From an uncultured Gemmatimonadales bacterium (GTDB taxonomy: Bacteria > Gemmatimonadota > Gemmatimonadetes > Gemmatimonadales > GWC2-71-9), in assembly GCA_963828735.1 (NCBI GenBank), contig CAWHFW010000005.1, forward strand, positions 2,208,001 through 2,272,000: DNA of 64,000 nt, read 5' to 3'. Made by a program: the position numbers and the translations under genes. Positions 27,331-38,285 of this stretch are shown piece after piece (position 1 is the stretch's first letter; every line of letters starts with the position of its first letter). Under the pieces are notes generated by a model. That model worked only from the letters and a program-made list of their open reading frames with translations. It did no database searches and was not told the DNA's origin.

Positions 27331-28629
27331 CTAGTTCCCGGCCTCGATGGCGGCGGCCGCCTGCCTTCCGCTGTGGAGGGCGCCGTGCACGGTGGCGTTC
27401 CGGCCCTGCTCGGCGATGGCCTCGCCGGCCAGGTAGAGCGTGTTCTGCACCGGCGCATGGAGGGCCGTCCGCGCCTCGATCGCTCCAATTCCACCATAGC
27501 TGTAGGCCCCGCCGGAAAAGGGGTCGGCGGACCAGTCGTGGACGTATGCCATCCGGAGGCGCGAGCGCAACTCGCCGACATCCCGCCCGAACACAGACCC
27601 GAGCGACTCGAGCGCGAGCCGCAGCATGGCCGCTTCGCCTCGTCCCGCAAGCGCCGCGGCGCGGGGACCGCCCACCCAGCCCGTGATGACCGGCTCGCGT
27701 CGCGGCAGGCCCGTCCACCACACCGGGAAGGGCTCCGGGCCGCCATGGACGAAGCTGGGCCCGGCGCCGCCTGCCGGCGCCCACCAGCGGCCATCGAAGC
27801 CGAGCACGATGCGGTGGGCGGCACCCATGTGGAGGCGCCCGAGCGGTTCCCGCCAGCCGGCCGGGAAGGGGTCCAAAGTCGGAGCGCCTCCATCTCCAAT
27901 CATCCGCCGGAGCAGAGGGAGCGGAAGAGTCAGGATGGCCTTGGCGGCGGTGAGGGTCGCGGCGTCTCCCGGACCCACCGTCACCCGCACCTCGCCTGGA
28001 CGCCAGGAGATCGCCGTGACCACGGAATCCAACCGGATCTCGGCTCGATCGGACGGGATGCGGTCGGCCAGCCGCTGGATCAGCGCGCCGTATCCTTCGC
28101 CGACACGCTGGATGTCGTCGCCGTCCTCGGCGCTCGCGGCCTCGTTCTCGGCTACCGCTCGGGTGCCCAGGAGCGATAGATCTGCCGCGTGGAACCCCTC
28201 CAGGTAGCCGGCCACCGCCTCGAGCTCGCCGGGGGCGGTCGCCAGGTCGCGCCGCTCCCGGAGCAGGTCGGCGACGGGCCGGTCCGGCCCCGCCTCCGCA
28301 CTCTCGAGCAGCAGTTCCAGGGTCGATCGGATATCGGTCCGCGTGGTCGGCGGCTCGGCGGGGCCGCGTTCGTGCCGCTCGCGGCCGGGGATCACGCGAA
28401 GGCCGACCGACTCGATCAGCTCGACCATCTCGGGCGGGCTGCCGTGCACGAACTCGGCGCCGAGCTCGATCGGGGTGGCGAGCTCAGGATCGTGGGCGGT
28501 GTGGATGCGTCCGCCAATGCGGTCGCGCGCCTCGAGGACGAGCACGCGCCGGCCGGATGCGGCCAGCCGCTCGGCTGCCGCTAGACCGGCGATTCCGGCG
28601 CCCACGACGAGCACGTCGGCGTCGGCCAT
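27331..28629 (-). CDS. Flavin monoamine oxidase family protein
   Basis: VGAGIAGL, LEARDRIGGR, ELGAEFVHG, DPFSGGAYS, AGEA...TVHGA. Confidence 0.9.
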   Translation of the reverse strand: MADADVLVVGAGIAGLAAAERLAASGRRVLVLEARDRIGGRIHTAHDPELATPIELGAEFVHGSPPEMVELIESVGLRVIPGRERHERGPAEPPTTRTDIRSTLELLLESAEAGPDRPVADLLRERRDLATAPGELEAVAGYLEGFHAADLSLLGTRAVAENEAASAEDGDDIQRVGEGYGALIQRLADRIPSDRAEIRLDSVVTAISWRPGEVRVTVGPGDAATLTAAKAILTLPLPLLRRMIGDGGAPTLDPFPAGWREPLGRLHMGAAHRIVLGFDGRWWAPAGGAGPSFVHGGPEPFPVWWTGLPRREPVITGWVGGPRAAALAGRGEAAMLRLALESLGSVFGRDVGELRSRLRMAYVHDWSADPFSGGAYSYGGIGAIEARTALHAPVQNTLYLAGEAIAEQGRNATVHGALHSGRQAAAAIEAGN

Positions 28630-28636
28630 CGGCGTG

Positions 28637-29851
28637 CTACTCGTACCGCAGGGCGTCGATCGGATCGAGCTGCGCGGCGCGGCGAGCGGGCCAGATGCCG
28701 AAGAAGAGGCCGACGAGCGCGCTGAACCCGAACGCCACCACCACGGCCGCCGGGGAGATGAGCGTGTTCCACTGCATGACGCGGGCGAGCACGATGGTCG
28801 CGCCGATGCCCAGGAGGATGCCGATGGCGCCCCCCAGAATGCACAGGGTGAGCGCCTCGATCAGGAACTGCAGCAGGATGTTGCCGCGGGTGGCGCCGAG
28901 GGCCTTGCGCACGCCGATCTCACGGGTGCGCTCGGTGACCGACACCAGCATGATGTTCATGATGCCGATGCCGCCGACGACGAGACTCACCGCCGCGATG
29001 CTCGCGAGCAGGGTGGTGAACACCTGGGTCGCCTGCTGCTGAGTCTGCAGGATGTCCTGCTGGTTGCGGATGGTGAAATCGTTGTCGCCGCCGGGGCGGA
29101 TGTGGTGCTCCCTGCGGAGAATCCGCTCCAGGTCCACCATGCCCTGCTCGATCGGCACGCTGTCCGCTACCTGGACGGACATCGAGCGGAGCCGCTTGCT
29201 GCCGAACACGCGGTACTGCGCGGTCTCGAGCGGGATCAGGATCTGCTCGTCCGGATTCTGGAAGCCGCCCGACGCGCCTTTGGCGCTCAGCACGCCGATG
29301 ATCTCGAAAGGGATCCCGCGGATGAGGAGCGTCTGGTGGATCATGGCGGCCGGGTTGGCGCCCAGCATCTCGGGCACCGAGGAGCCGAGCACGGCGTAGC
29401 GCTGGCGCGACGCGCCGTCCCCGGCGCTGAACATCCGGCCGAAGGGCACCGTATAGTTCCGGACGTCGGTGTAGTTCGCGGTGGTACCGATGATCTGGAG
29501 ATTGCGGTTCTGGTTGCCGAACACCACCTGCTGCGCGGATTGCGCTTCAGGCACCACCGCTTTGAGCAGGGTGGCGTCGCGCTGCAGGGCCTCGTAGTCG
29601 TCGGTGCTCAGGACGGTGCGGTCGGTGATCATGACCGCCCCCGAGCGGCCCTGGCCGGCGAAGACCGTGAACACGTTGGCGCCGAGCGCCGCGATCCGAT
29701 CCTCGACGGCCTTCTGCGCCCCGCTGCCCAGGGCCACCATCGTGATGACCGCGCCCACCCCGATGATGATGCCCAGCATCGTGAGCACCGCCCGGAGCGC
29801 GTTGCTCCGGATGGACGAGATCGCGACCGCGAACGTCTCGCCGAGCAGCAT
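28637..29851 (-). CDS. MacB/FtsX-like ABC transporter permease
   Basis: LTMLGIIIGV, VGGIGIMNIMLVSVTERTREIGVRKALGA, DPIDALRYE. Confidence 0.95.
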   Translation of the reverse strand: MLLGETFAVAISSIRSNALRAVLTMLGIIIGVGAVITMVALGSGAQKAVEDRIAALGANVFTVFAGQGRSGAVMITDRTVLSTDDYEALQRDATLLKAVVPEAQSAQQVVFGNQNRNLQIIGTTANYTDVRNYTVPFGRMFSAGDGASRQRYAVLGSSVPEMLGANPAAMIHQTLLIRGIPFEIIGVLSAKGASGGFQNPDEQILIPLETAQYRVFGSKRLRSMSVQVADSVPIEQGMVDLERILRREHHIRPGGDNDFTIRNQQDILQTQQQATQVFTTLLASIAAVSLVVGGIGIMNIMLVSVTERTREIGVRKALGATRGNILLQFLIEALTLCILGGAIGILLGIGATIVLARVMQWNTLISPAAVVVAFGFSALVGLFFGIWPARRAAQLDPIDALRYE

Positions 29852-29853
29852 GG

Positions 29854-31416
29854 CTACCGGCCGGGCGCGCCCGCGCCGCCCTGACCGCCGGGTCCGGACG
29901 TGCTCTGCCGCATGCCAGGGACCCCGCCGCCGCCGGTGACCTGGTTCATCCGCTGCTTGATGTCCTGCTGCGATTGGACCAGGCTGGCACTGGGCAGCAC
30001 GTACACCGAATCGTTCCCCTCGAGGCCGTGGATCACCTCGCTGTAGTCGAGGTCGGTGAGGCCGGTCCGGATCCATACCGGGATCGGCTGGCCGTTGCGC
30101 TTGACGAAGACGATGTAGCGGCCGCCGCCCGCATCGGTGCCCCGGGTCCGGCGCCCGGCGCCGCCGAAGCCGCGCTGCCGGCCTTCCGCGGCGCCTCCTT
30201 GGCCGTCCGCGAGGCCGCCGGCCCCGCCCCCCCGCACGCGCACCGAATCGCGCCACTCCCGGCGCGCGGCCGATTCGGGCAACGCCCGTCTCGTCGAATC
30301 GCGCGCGTTGCGCCGTGCCGAGTCGGTGCCAGGGGAGGGCTCGCCCGGGGTACGCAACGAGGCGCCGGCCGAGCTCGCCGCCTGGGCGGCGGAGGCCGCG
30401 AGCTCCTTCTGGACCTCGTCGGTCGAGAGGCCGAGCACCTGGGCGGCCGAGCCGACATCACGCTGCGTGCGGAGCGCCGCGTTCGGCACCGCCAGCACGC
30501 CCTCCCGCTGGCCCACGTGGATCTCCACCTCTGTGTTCATCCCCGGCCGGAGCAGCCCTCCCTCGTTGTGAATGCGGACCAGCACGGGGAAGACGGTCAC
30601 GTTCTGCTCCGTCGTCGCCTGCGGCTCGATCTTGAGCACCGTGCCCTCGAAGGTGCGGTTGGAGAACGCGTCCACCGTGATGGTGGCGAGCTGACCCGGC
30701 TCGACCTTGCCGACGTCGGTCTCGTCCACCAGCGTGCGCACCTGGACCAGGTCGAGATTGGCCATCTTGAGCAGCGTCGTGCCGCCGCTCACATTGGACG
30801 TCGCGGACGCGATGACGGTGCCCCGCTCGATGTCCTTCTCGATGACCGTGCCGGTGACGGGCGCGCGAACGTCGGTGTCCTCCAGCTGGATCCTGGCATT
30901 GTCCACCGACACCTGGGAGCGCACGACCTCCGACTTCGCGTCGGCATAATCGAGCTGTGCCGTCTCGTTCTCCTCCTCCGTGATCGCCTGGGTCTTGAAC
31001 AGCTCGTCCGACCGTCGCTTCTGGCTGGTGGCGTTAGCGAGCTTCGCGCGCGCCACGTCCAGGTCCGCCTGGGCCTGCGCGAGCGCGTTCCGCGCGTTCC
31101 GCGGGTCGATGTGTACCAGCAGGGCGCCTCGTTTGACCAGCTGGCCCGTTTCCGCATGGAGCTGCAGCACCTCGCCCGAGGCCTTGGATTTGACCTCCAC
31201 GGTGGTGTCGGGTTGGATCGCACCCGCGGCCTGCGCGTTGACGATGATGTCGCGGCGTTCGACCGGTACGGCCTGGTAGACGATCGGCGGCGCCTCTTTC
31301 TTGCAGCCCGTGAACAGGATCAGCGCGCCCAGCGACGCGAGGGTCCAGCCGGAGAACCCGCCGCCGCGCCGCCGGACCGCGCCCGGCACGACTCCCGATG
31401 TCCGGCGGGCGCTCAC
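29854..31416 (-). CDS. Efflux periplasmic adaptor (MacA-like membrane fusion protein)
   Basis: [33 protein letters not shown] start overlapping the upstream stop (start uncertain). Confidence 0.9.
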   Translation of the reverse strand: MSARRTSGVVPGAVRRRGGGFSGWTLASLGALILFTGCKKEAPPIVYQAVPVERRDIIVNAQAAGAIQPDTTVEVKSKASGEVLQLHAETGQLVKRGALLVHIDPRNARNALAQAQADLDVARAKLANATSQKRRSDELFKTQAITEEENETAQLDYADAKSEVVRSQVSVDNARIQLEDTDVRAPVTGTVIEKDIERGTVIASATSNVSGGTTLLKMANLDLVQVRTLVDETDVGKVEPGQLATITVDAFSNRTFEGTVLKIEPQATTEQNVTVFPVLVRIHNEGGLLRPGMNTEVEIHVGQREGVLAVPNAALRTQRDVGSAAQVLGLSTDEVQKELAASAAQAASSAGASLRTPGEPSPGTDSARRNARDSTRRALPESAARREWRDSVRVRGGGAGGLADGQGGAAEGRQRGFGGAGRRTRGTDAGGGRYIVFVKRNGQPIPVWIRTGLTDLDYSEVIHGLEGNDSVYVLPSASLVQSQQDIKQRMNQVTGGGGVPGMRQSTSGPGGQGGAGAPGR

Positions 31417-32168
31417 GCCTGCCTCCGCGTAGCGAAGTCGCGCTCGATGCGCCCATCCTTGAGATGCACCTGTCGCTGCGCGTGCGCCGCGATGTCGGTC
31501 TCGTGGGTCACGAGCACGATGGTTTGTCCGTCGCGATACAGGCCCTCGAACAGCGCCAGGATCTCCTCGCTCGTGGCGCTGTCGAGGTTCCCGGTCGGCT
31601 CGTCGGCCAGCAGGATGCTCGGCTGGTTGACCAGGGCTCGCGCGATCGCCACCCGTTGCCGCTGGCCGCCCGAGAGCTCGTTCGGCCGATGCTGCATCCG
31701 GTCCTGCAGCCCCACTCGCGCGAGCGCGTCCGACGCCGAGCGACGGCGCTCCTTCGCGCCGATTCCGGCGTAGACCAGGGGCAGCTCCACGTTGTGGAGC
31801 GCGGAGGCGCGAGGCAGCAAGTTGAAGGTCTGGAACACGAACCCGATCTCCTTGTTCCGGATCCGCGCCAGCTCGTCGTCTCCCAGCTCCGACACCCGGT
31901 GCCCGTTGAGCCAGTACTCGCCGCCCGTCGGGCTGTCGAGGCATCCGATCAGGTTCATCAGGGTGGACTTCCCCGACCCCGAGGGCCCCATGATCGCGAC
32001 GAACTCGTTCTGCCGGATGACCACGTCGACGCCGCGCAGGGCGTGAACGATCTCGCCCCCCATGTCGTAGTCTCGCTGGAGATTGCGGGTCACGATCACC
32101 GCGTCGCGCGGGATGTCGGTCGGCAGCATCGCCATCCGTTCGGCGGTGTCACCCAGCCTCGCGGTCAC
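31413..32168 (-). CDS. ABC transporter ATP-binding protein (LolD/MacB-like)
   Basis: [28 protein letters not shown]. Confidence 0.95.
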   Translation of the reverse strand: MTARLGDTAERMAMLPTDIPRDAVIVTRNLQRDYDMGGEIVHALRGVDVVIRQNEFVAIMGPSGSGKSTLMNLIGCLDSPTGGEYWLNGHRVSELGDDELARIRNKEIGFVFQTFNLLPRASALHNVELPLVYAGIGAKERRRSASDALARVGLQDRMQHRPNELSGGQRQRVAIARALVNQPSILLADEPTGNLDSATSEEILALFEGLYRDGQTIVLVTHETDIAAHAQRQVHLKDGRIERDFATRRQA

Positions 32169-33463
32169 AGCGTCCGTCCCATCAGCGCCTCGAGCTGCGC
32201 CTTGGCGCGGAGATAGTCGAACCGGGCATTCACCACGTCCACCTCCGCCTGGTTGAGGGCTTCCTGCGAGGTCAGTACGTCCACGATGGTCGAGGCTCCG
32301 AGCTGGTAACGCTGCTGCTGGACCCGGAGGTCCTCGGTGGCGGCGGCGACGCTCGTGGCCGTGATGTCGATCTTCGAGCGCGCCGCGTCGAGCTCGGCGA
32401 CGCGCTGCGTGAGCTCCGCATCCACCCCGCGGCGCTCGTCGGCCGCGGACGCCTCGGCGACGTCGAGGCTCGCCTCGCGCTGGGCGATGGTGAGCTCGCG
32501 ATCGAACCCGTTGAAGATGCTCCAGCTGAGTCCGAGGCTCACCTGGCGCTGATTGAGGAAGGTGTAGCCGGTGCTGCCGGTGGCATTCCAGCCCGTGCTC
32601 GCCGCGAGCGTGAGGCTGGGCCAATAGGCCGCGCGGGAGGCGCGCAGGTTCGCCTGGGCCACCTGTGTGCCGGCTACCGCGGTCTGGATCCGAGGGGACC
32701 GAGCCTCGGTCTCCTGTCTGATGGCCTCCGTGTCCACCGTCGCCATCACCTGCCGAAAGCTCGAGTCGTCCAGGGCCCGCACCCGGCCGGTCTGGCCGAC
32801 CAGCCGGGCGAGGCCGGCTTCGGCAGTCGCGAGGTCGGTCCTTGCCTGAATGAGGTCGAGCTGGGCGCTGCCCAGGTTGACCAGCGAGCGAAGCGAATCC
32901 GAGCGCGTCGCCGATCCGGCGTGAAGCTTGGCCACCGAGACCTTCAGCTGCTCCTGGGCTCGACGGACGCTCGCCTCGCGCACGCCGACCAATTGGCTCG
33001 CGCTCAGCGCATCGAAGAACTGGTTGGTAGTCGCGAGCGCCTGCTGGAATCGGGCATCCACCAGTCCCGCGGCGGCCTGGTTCTCGCCGGCCTGGGCGGC
33101 GTTCATCTCCGCGCCCCGCCGAAAGCCGGTGAAGACGTCCACGCTCGCCCTGAGCGAAGCATTGAGGCTGCGGTTCGTCGAGTTGCCCGACAGCACCTGG
33201 CCGGTGATGGGATCGATCCGCGACGCGCCCTCGGAGAAGAAGTCGCTGGCCGAGGAGTTGGCGCTGACCGTCGGCAGGAAGGCTCCCCAGCTGCTCCGCC
33301 GCTGCGCGGCGGCCGTCTGGATGTCTGCCTCCGCCTGCACCACCCCCGGCTGGGTCCGCTCCGCCAGCTTGATCGCCTCCGCGAGTGTGACGGCGCGGTC
33401 CTGCGCCGCCAGGCGCAGGGGGGCAGCAAGCAGCACCAGCACGACCAGCGTCACGCGGTTCAT
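32165..33463 (-). CDS. TolC family outer membrane efflux protein
   Basis: Signal peptide; duplicated OEP pattern (GAFLPTVS / AAYWPSLT), [13 protein letters not shown]. Confidence 0.9.
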   Translation of the reverse strand: MNRVTLVVLVLLAAPLRLAAQDRAVTLAEAIKLAERTQPGVVQAEADIQTAAAQRRSSWGAFLPTVSANSSASDFFSEGASRIDPITGQVLSGNSTNRSLNASLRASVDVFTGFRRGAEMNAAQAGENQAAAGLVDARFQQALATTNQFFDALSASQLVGVREASVRRAQEQLKVSVAKLHAGSATRSDSLRSLVNLGSAQLDLIQARTDLATAEAGLARLVGQTGRVRALDDSSFRQVMATVDTEAIRQETEARSPRIQTAVAGTQVAQANLRASRAAYWPSLTLAASTGWNATGSTGYTFLNQRQVSLGLSWSIFNGFDRELTIAQREASLDVAEASAADERRGVDAELTQRVAELDAARSKIDITATSVAAATEDLRVQQQRYQLGASTIVDVLTSQEALNQAEVDVVNARFDYLRAKAQLEALMGRTL

Positions 33464-33816
33464 GCAGTTCCCGAAGGTCAGGGTCGACAGCGGAAGATAG
33501 TCCTGGAGAGACCCAACGACAGATTCGCCGACGGACGCAGGCGTCGAACCGGCCGGGCGCCGAGGTACGGCGCCTGGACCCCGGCCGATCGCTGGCGCGT
33601 CTGTCACTGCTTTGGGGTGCCGCCCCGGCTACCGTGGGCTCCCGCAACGACGGGTACACCCATGACGGCCCGGGCGTTGGTCGGCCGGCCCCAACGCGGA
33701 TTGGGGGTCGCCTGTATACTCGGGCGTCGTTCGGTGCCATCATCCGTCATGTCCAAGGACGCGATACGACCGATTCAGCACTCGCCCGGACCCCGTCCGA
33801 GCCCCGGCCCCTGGCC

Positions 33817-34419
33817 GTGAGCCAAGGGCCGGGCCCGGTCCGGACCGCGCAGCCTCCGCCCGAGCCTCCGGACCCGGAAGAGGCCGCCGCCGTAGTGCGC
33901 GCCCAGGCTGGTGACGGCGAGGCGTTCGACCTCCTCGTGCGACGGTACATGCGCACGGCCTACGCGGTCGCATACCGGCTGCTGGGGCATCGGGAGGACG
34001 CCGAGGACGTCGTGCAGGAGGCGTTTCTCGCCGCGCTCGCCAACATCCGGACGTTCGATACCACCCGGAAGTTCGGACCGTGGCTCTACCGGATCGTGGT
34101 GACCCGTGGACTCAACTTCAGGAAATCGCGCAGCCGGCGGGCCGCAGAACCGCTCGAGGACGCTGGGGTTGCGAGCGCGGATCCTGGTCCGGCGGCGGCC
34201 GCGGAATACGCGGGACTCAAGGCGACGGTGGCGGCGGCCCTCGAGCAGCTTCCAGAGCGCCAACGAACGGTGGTTCAGTTGTTCGAGCTGGATGGCTTCT
34301 CCGGCGCCGAGATCGCGGCGATGCTCGGCATCTCCCCCGGAACCGTGCGGTGGTACCTCCACGAGGCGCGGCAGTCGCTTCGCGACACGCTCGCCCACCT
34401 GCAGGAGACCCTAGGATGA
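33817..34419 (+). CDS. ECF RNA polymerase sigma factor
   Basis: DAEDVVQEAF, FGPWLYRI, LPERQR, EIAAMLGISPGTVR; start uncertain. Confidence 0.92.
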   Translation: MSQGPGPVRTAQPPPEPPDPEEAAAVVRAQAGDGEAFDLLVRRYMRTAYAVAYRLLGHREDAEDVVQEAFLAALANIRTFDTTRKFGPWLYRIVVTRGLNFRKSRSRRAAEPLEDAGVASADPGPAAAAEYAGLKATVAAALEQLPERQRTVVQLFELDGFSGAEIAAMLGISPGTVRWYLHEARQSLRDTLAHLQETLG

Positions 34420-34838
34420 ACGATCCCTCGCGGTGGTCTTTCGACCAGGATCCGCCTCGTGACGAGGCGCTCGCGCGGCTGCTCCGCGCCGCCGACGAGC
34501 CCGCGCCGGGCGCCGACGTCGATTGGGAACGCCTTCACGCTCGGATCCTCCGGGGCCGGGGGCCGGACACCGGGGTCGCACCGGGGCCTCGGGAATGGTG
34601 GGATGTCGTGGTGCAGTGGCGGCGGCTCGCCCTGGCGGCGAGCGCGGCGGCCATCCTCGCCGCAGCGGCTCTGTTGTGGCGCACCGACTCGACCGGCTCG
34701 GAGCTCTCGCTCACCGATGCGGCTCCCGAATCGGCGGCGCTCGCGCGCGTCGTCGCCGCGTACCCGGACGAGGCCGTGTTGACCTCCATGCTGGAGGACG
34801 GCCGCAACGACGAGTTCACTTCGTGGGACACCCAATGA
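34416..34838 (+). CDS. Putative membrane anti-sigma factor
   Basis: ATGA-coupled to the sigma gene; single TM helix. Confidence 0.7.
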   Translation: MNDPSRWSFDQDPPRDEALARLLRAADEPAPGADVDWERLHARILRGRGPDTGVAPGPREWWDVVVQWRRLALAASAAAILAAAALLWRTDSTGSELSLTDAAPESAALARVVAAYPDEAVLTSMLEDGRNDEFTSWDTQ

Positions 34839-35248
34839 GCGAGCTGCGCAGGTCCCGGGTGGTTGCCGGCGTTGTCATCGTGCTGGTCCTGCTCGCCGGT
34901 GTGGCGATCGGCTTCTTCCTGCATCATGAGGTGCCGTGGCGTCACGGCCCGCCCGGCTTCGGCGTGGGCGGCCCGCCGCCGGGCCGGCCGCCGGAGGTCA
35001 AGAAGCGAATGCTCGACCGGCTCGATCGCGACCTCAAGCTGACGCCCGACCAGCATGCGCGGATCGACACGGTCCTGACGCACCGCGAGGCCGATCTTCA
35101 TGCCTTGATGCTCGAGACCCGGCCCCGCTTCGACTCGATCGCCGCGCGCACCCGCTCCGAGATCCAGGCGGTGCTCACGCCGGAGCAGCGCGAGGAGTTC
35201 GGGAAGATCGTCAAACAGATGGAGAGCCGTCGGGGGAGGAGGCAGTAG
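34835..35248 (+). CDS. Periplasmic Spy/CpxP/heavy-metal-sensor-like protein
   Basis: N-terminal TM helix; LKLTPDQ and VLTPEQ (LTXXQ) motifs. Confidence 0.8.
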   Translation: MSELRRSRVVAGVVIVLVLLAGVAIGFFLHHEVPWRHGPPGFGVGGPPPGRPPEVKKRMLDRLDRDLKLTPDQHARIDTVLTHREADLHALMLETRPRFDSIAARTRSEIQAVLTPEQREEFGKIVKQMESRRGRRQ

Positions 35249-35336
35249 TAGTCGGGCGATGGGAGTGGGATGACGGTGCCGCTTCACGGCACCACGTTCA
35301 TCCCGCGCACTGGCTCGGCCGCCCGACGGGCCTCTT

Positions 35337-36731
35337 TCACCGATCCGCCCTCCTCCTGAACGCCTCCCGCCACGCGCTGATCGCGAGCCAGCCGCAGAGG
35401 ATGCCGAATGCATACGCCGTCGCCTTCGGCAGCGCAAAGAACAGGGCCCCCAGGGACACCAGGACCGCGCTCAGCGGCAGGAAGATGGAGCGGCGGGCGT
35501 TGGACATCAGGGCGCGTACGGCGAGCGCGGCCCGCTTGCGCCGTTCCCGGCCCGTCGGCTCGTGCGCCCTCGGGGCGACCTCGGGTGCCTCGTGGCGCAG
35601 CACGGTCGGCAGCGCCGCGCTCAACCGGTGCGGGCCTCGCGCTGGACGGCGGATCACCTCGCGACTTCGGGCCACGTCCAGCCGGAACTGGCGCTCCATG
35701 GCCTCGGCGAGCTGCGAGTCCTCGATGAGGACGTCGAGCTCCCAGTTGCCCAGCAGGCTCGAGGGATTGAGGTTGCTCGATCCCACGCGCGACCAGCGGC
35801 CGTCGGCCACGATGGTCTTCGCGTGCAGCATCGGCCCGTCCCACTCGAAGATCCGGACCCCGTTCCGCAGCAGGTCGCGGTAGCCGATGCGGGAGAGGTT
35901 GCGCACCAGCGGCAGGTCGCTCGAGCCCGGCACCAGCAGACGGACGTCCACGCCGTCGCGCGCGGCGTCGCGCAGCGCCTGGAACAGCCGGGGCGGTGCG
36001 ACGAGGTAGGCGTCGGTGATCCAGAGCCGGTTGATGCTCCCGGCCGCCAGCAGCTCGATCACCCGGTAGGTCCGCTCGCGCGCCGGCTCGCCGCCGATGA
36101 TGCGGACCTCCGCGTCACCCTGAGGGGTGACCCGTCCGGCGGCGTCGTCGTCCGGCAGGCGGCCACCGGCGATCTCCCAGGTCCGCGCGAACGCCTGGTC
36201 CAGCACCGCCGCCGCGGGGCCCGCGATCCGCACCGCGGTGTCGCGCCATGGACTTCCATCGTCCGCCTCCTCGCCGGTCCACTCGCAGCCGATGCACAGC
36301 CCGCCGATGACCGAGCGCGATCCGTCGGCCACGACCAGCTTCCGATGGTTGCGGGAGAAGTTCGACACGAGATCAATGGCGGACAGCGGCCGGAACGCAC
36401 GCACCTCGACTCCCGCCTCCCGCAGCGCGCGCCAGTAGGAGCGCGGCGTGCCGATACTGCCGAGCCCGTCGTAGAGCACGCGGACGTGCACGCCCTCGCG
36501 GGCGCGGCGCATGAGGAGGTCGGCGAATCGGCTGCCCGCCGCGTCGGCGCGGATGATGTAGTTCTCGAAATGGATCCAGCGGCTGGCCCCGGCGATGACC
36601 TCGAGCATCGCATCGTACGCGCACGGGCCGTCGATCAGGAGCTCGACCTCGTTCCCCGGAATGGGGCGTCCGCCGGCCGCGCGATTGATCGCGCTCGCAA
36701 CCGTCTGCTCGGCGCCGCCCGCAGCCGTCAT
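35337..36731 (-). CDS. cls: Cardiolipin synthase / phospholipase D family
   Basis: Two HKD motifs: NHRKLVVAD and LHAKTIVAD...GSSNL. Confidence 0.9.
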   Translation of the reverse strand: MTAAGGAEQTVASAINRAAGGRPIPGNEVELLIDGPCAYDAMLEVIAGASRWIHFENYIIRADAAGSRFADLLMRRAREGVHVRVLYDGLGSIGTPRSYWRALREAGVEVRAFRPLSAIDLVSNFSRNHRKLVVADGSRSVIGGLCIGCEWTGEEADDGSPWRDTAVRIAGPAAAVLDQAFARTWEIAGGRLPDDDAAGRVTPQGDAEVRIIGGEPARERTYRVIELLAAGSINRLWITDAYLVAPPRLFQALRDAARDGVDVRLLVPGSSDLPLVRNLSRIGYRDLLRNGVRIFEWDGPMLHAKTIVADGRWSRVGSSNLNPSSLLGNWELDVLIEDSQLAEAMERQFRLDVARSREVIRRPARGPHRLSAALPTVLRHEAPEVAPRAHEPTGRERRKRAALAVRALMSNARRSIFLPLSAVLVSLGALFFALPKATAYAFGILCGWLAISAWREAFRRRADR

Positions 36732-37303
36732 GCCCCGCCGAGGCCCAGCTGGCGCTCGTGAGGCCTGAGGGCCTCCAGCACGAACGCGATGTGCTCGTCG
36801 AGCGGCACGCCGAGCTCGGCGGCGCCCTGCATCACGTCGTCGCGGCTCACGCCGCGCGCGAAGGCCTTGTCCTTGAGCTTCTTCTTGACGCTCGACACCT
36901 CGAGGTCCTGGAGGCTCCGGGACGGCCGCACGAGCGCGCAAGCCACCAGGAAGCCGCACAGCTCGTCCACGGCGAATAGCGCGCGGGCCATGGGCGTGTC
37001 ACGCGGCACGCCGGTGTAGGTGGCGTGGCCGAGGATCGCGCGGCCGCTCGACTCCGGCAGCCCCGCCGCGGTGAGAATGCGCACGCCTTCCGCCGGATGC
37101 TCCTCGGTGGCCGAGTGCGCGGCGTTCGGGAACCGCTCGTAGTCGAAGTCGTGCACCAGCCCGACCACGCCCCAGGCTTCCACGTCCTCGCCGGCCCGCG
37201 CGGCCATGGCTCGCATCGCGATCTCCACGGCGTACATGTGCTTCCGGAGGGCGTCGGACGCGGTGTACTCCTGCATCAGGGCGAGCGCGCGATCGCGGTC
37301 CAT
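36728..37303 (-). CDS. HD-domain phosphohydrolase
   Basis: LRKH, GLVHDFDYE, AVDELCG, KKKLKDKAFA. Confidence 0.9.
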   Translation of the reverse strand: MDRDRALALMQEYTASDALRKHMYAVEIAMRAMAARAGEDVEAWGVVGLVHDFDYERFPNAAHSATEEHPAEGVRILTAAGLPESSGRAILGHATYTGVPRDTPMARALFAVDELCGFLVACALVRPSRSLQDLEVSSVKKKLKDKAFARGVSRDDVMQGAAELGVPLDEHIAFVLEALRPHERQLGLGGA

Positions 37304-37306
37304 GGC

Positions 37307-37411
37307 AGTGAGGGGTAGGCGGTGAGTGGTAAGCAGTGCGCGGCGAGTGGTGGTTGCCCGCTGGTGGACGGTGAATGGTAAACCATCCCGGTCACCGCTC
37401 ACCACTCACTG
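37307..37411. repeat. Degenerate heptamer tandem repeat (GGTGAGY-like) with three inverted copies
   Basis: agtgagg ggtaggc ggtgagt ggtaagc agtgcgc ggcgagt ggtggtt gcccgct ggtggac ggtgaat ggtaaac, then gtcaccg ctcacca ctcactg. Confidence 0.7.
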
Positions 37412-37804
37412 CTGTTGCGCGTACCCTGCGGTGAGCGGCACCCGCGTCGCCATCTCGCCGTCCAGCGAGATCTCAAACGCGTAGGTACCTGGGCGCGGAA
37501 GCGGGATGTCGAATACGAGCACGGCGCCGGCCTCGACATCCACCACGCCGGCCGGAGGCTCCCCGAACTGTACGGTCCCCTCGCCGCCGAGGAGCTCCGT
37601 CCCGGCCTCGTCCACGAAGCGGATGCGGATCGAGTGGATCCCGATCTCCGTCCGCCGGCCCCGCACGCGCAGCACGAGGTGCGTGCGCGGACAGATGGAC
37701 GGAAAGGTGGTGAGCCATACGTGCTGAAACATGCCGAGCACGCTCAACTTGCCCTGCTGGTCGATCAGGGCGTAGTCGGCGACGATCGCGAAATCGAGAT
37801 GCAG
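37406..37804 (-). CDS. Conserved hypothetical protein (DUF6941-like), probable CTG start
   Basis: (M)HLDFAIVADYALIDQQGKLSVLGMF...; no ATG/GTG/TTG between the upstream in-frame stop and TTG 37747. Confidence 0.7.
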   Translation of the reverse strand: MHLDFAIVADYALIDQQGKLSVLGMFQHVWLTTFPSICPRTHLVLRVRGRRTEIGIHSIRIRFVDEAGTELLGGEGTVQFGEPPAGVVDVEAGAVLVFDIPLPRPGTYAFEISLDGEMATRVPLTAGYAQQQ

Positions 37805-37805
37805 C

Positions 37806-38255
37806 TCACGCCACCCGGATCGAGGTGATGACGTCGTTCTGCCGGATGCTGTTCACGATGTCCATGCCCTCGCGGACTTGCCCGAAGACGGTATGGACCC
37901 GATCGAGATGCGGCTGCGGGGCATGACAGATGAAGAACTGGCTGCCGCCGGTGTCCTTGCCGGCGTGCGCCATCGAGAGCGTCCCGGCGACGTGCTTGTG
38001 GGTGTTGAGGTGGGTCTCGCACTTGATCTTGTAGCCCGGGCCGCCGGTCCCGACCCGCGGGTTGTTCGGATCCTTCGAGAGCGGGTCGCCGCCCTGGATC
38101 ATGAAGTTGTTGATCACGCGGTGGAACCGGGTGCCGTCGTAGAACTCGCTGTTGGCCAGCTTCTCGAAGTTGGCGACGGTATTGGGCGTTTCGCCGTCGA
38201 ACAGGTCGGCGAGGATGGTGCCCTTGCTGGTTTCGATCGTGGCGGTCTTGGTCAC
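37806..38255 (-). CDS. Cyclophilin-type peptidyl-prolyl isomerase
   Basis: [39 protein letters not shown]. Confidence 0.95.
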   Translation of the reverse strand: MTKTATIETSKGTILADLFDGETPNTVANFEKLANSEFYDGTRFHRVINNFMIQGGDPLSKDPNNPRVGTGGPGYKIKCETHLNTHKHVAGTLSMAHAGKDTGGSQFFICHAPQPHLDRVHTVFGQVREGMDIVNSIRQNDVITSIRVA

Positions 38256-38285
38256 GGTACGCGTACTCCGAAGAGGGTCCGGGGG

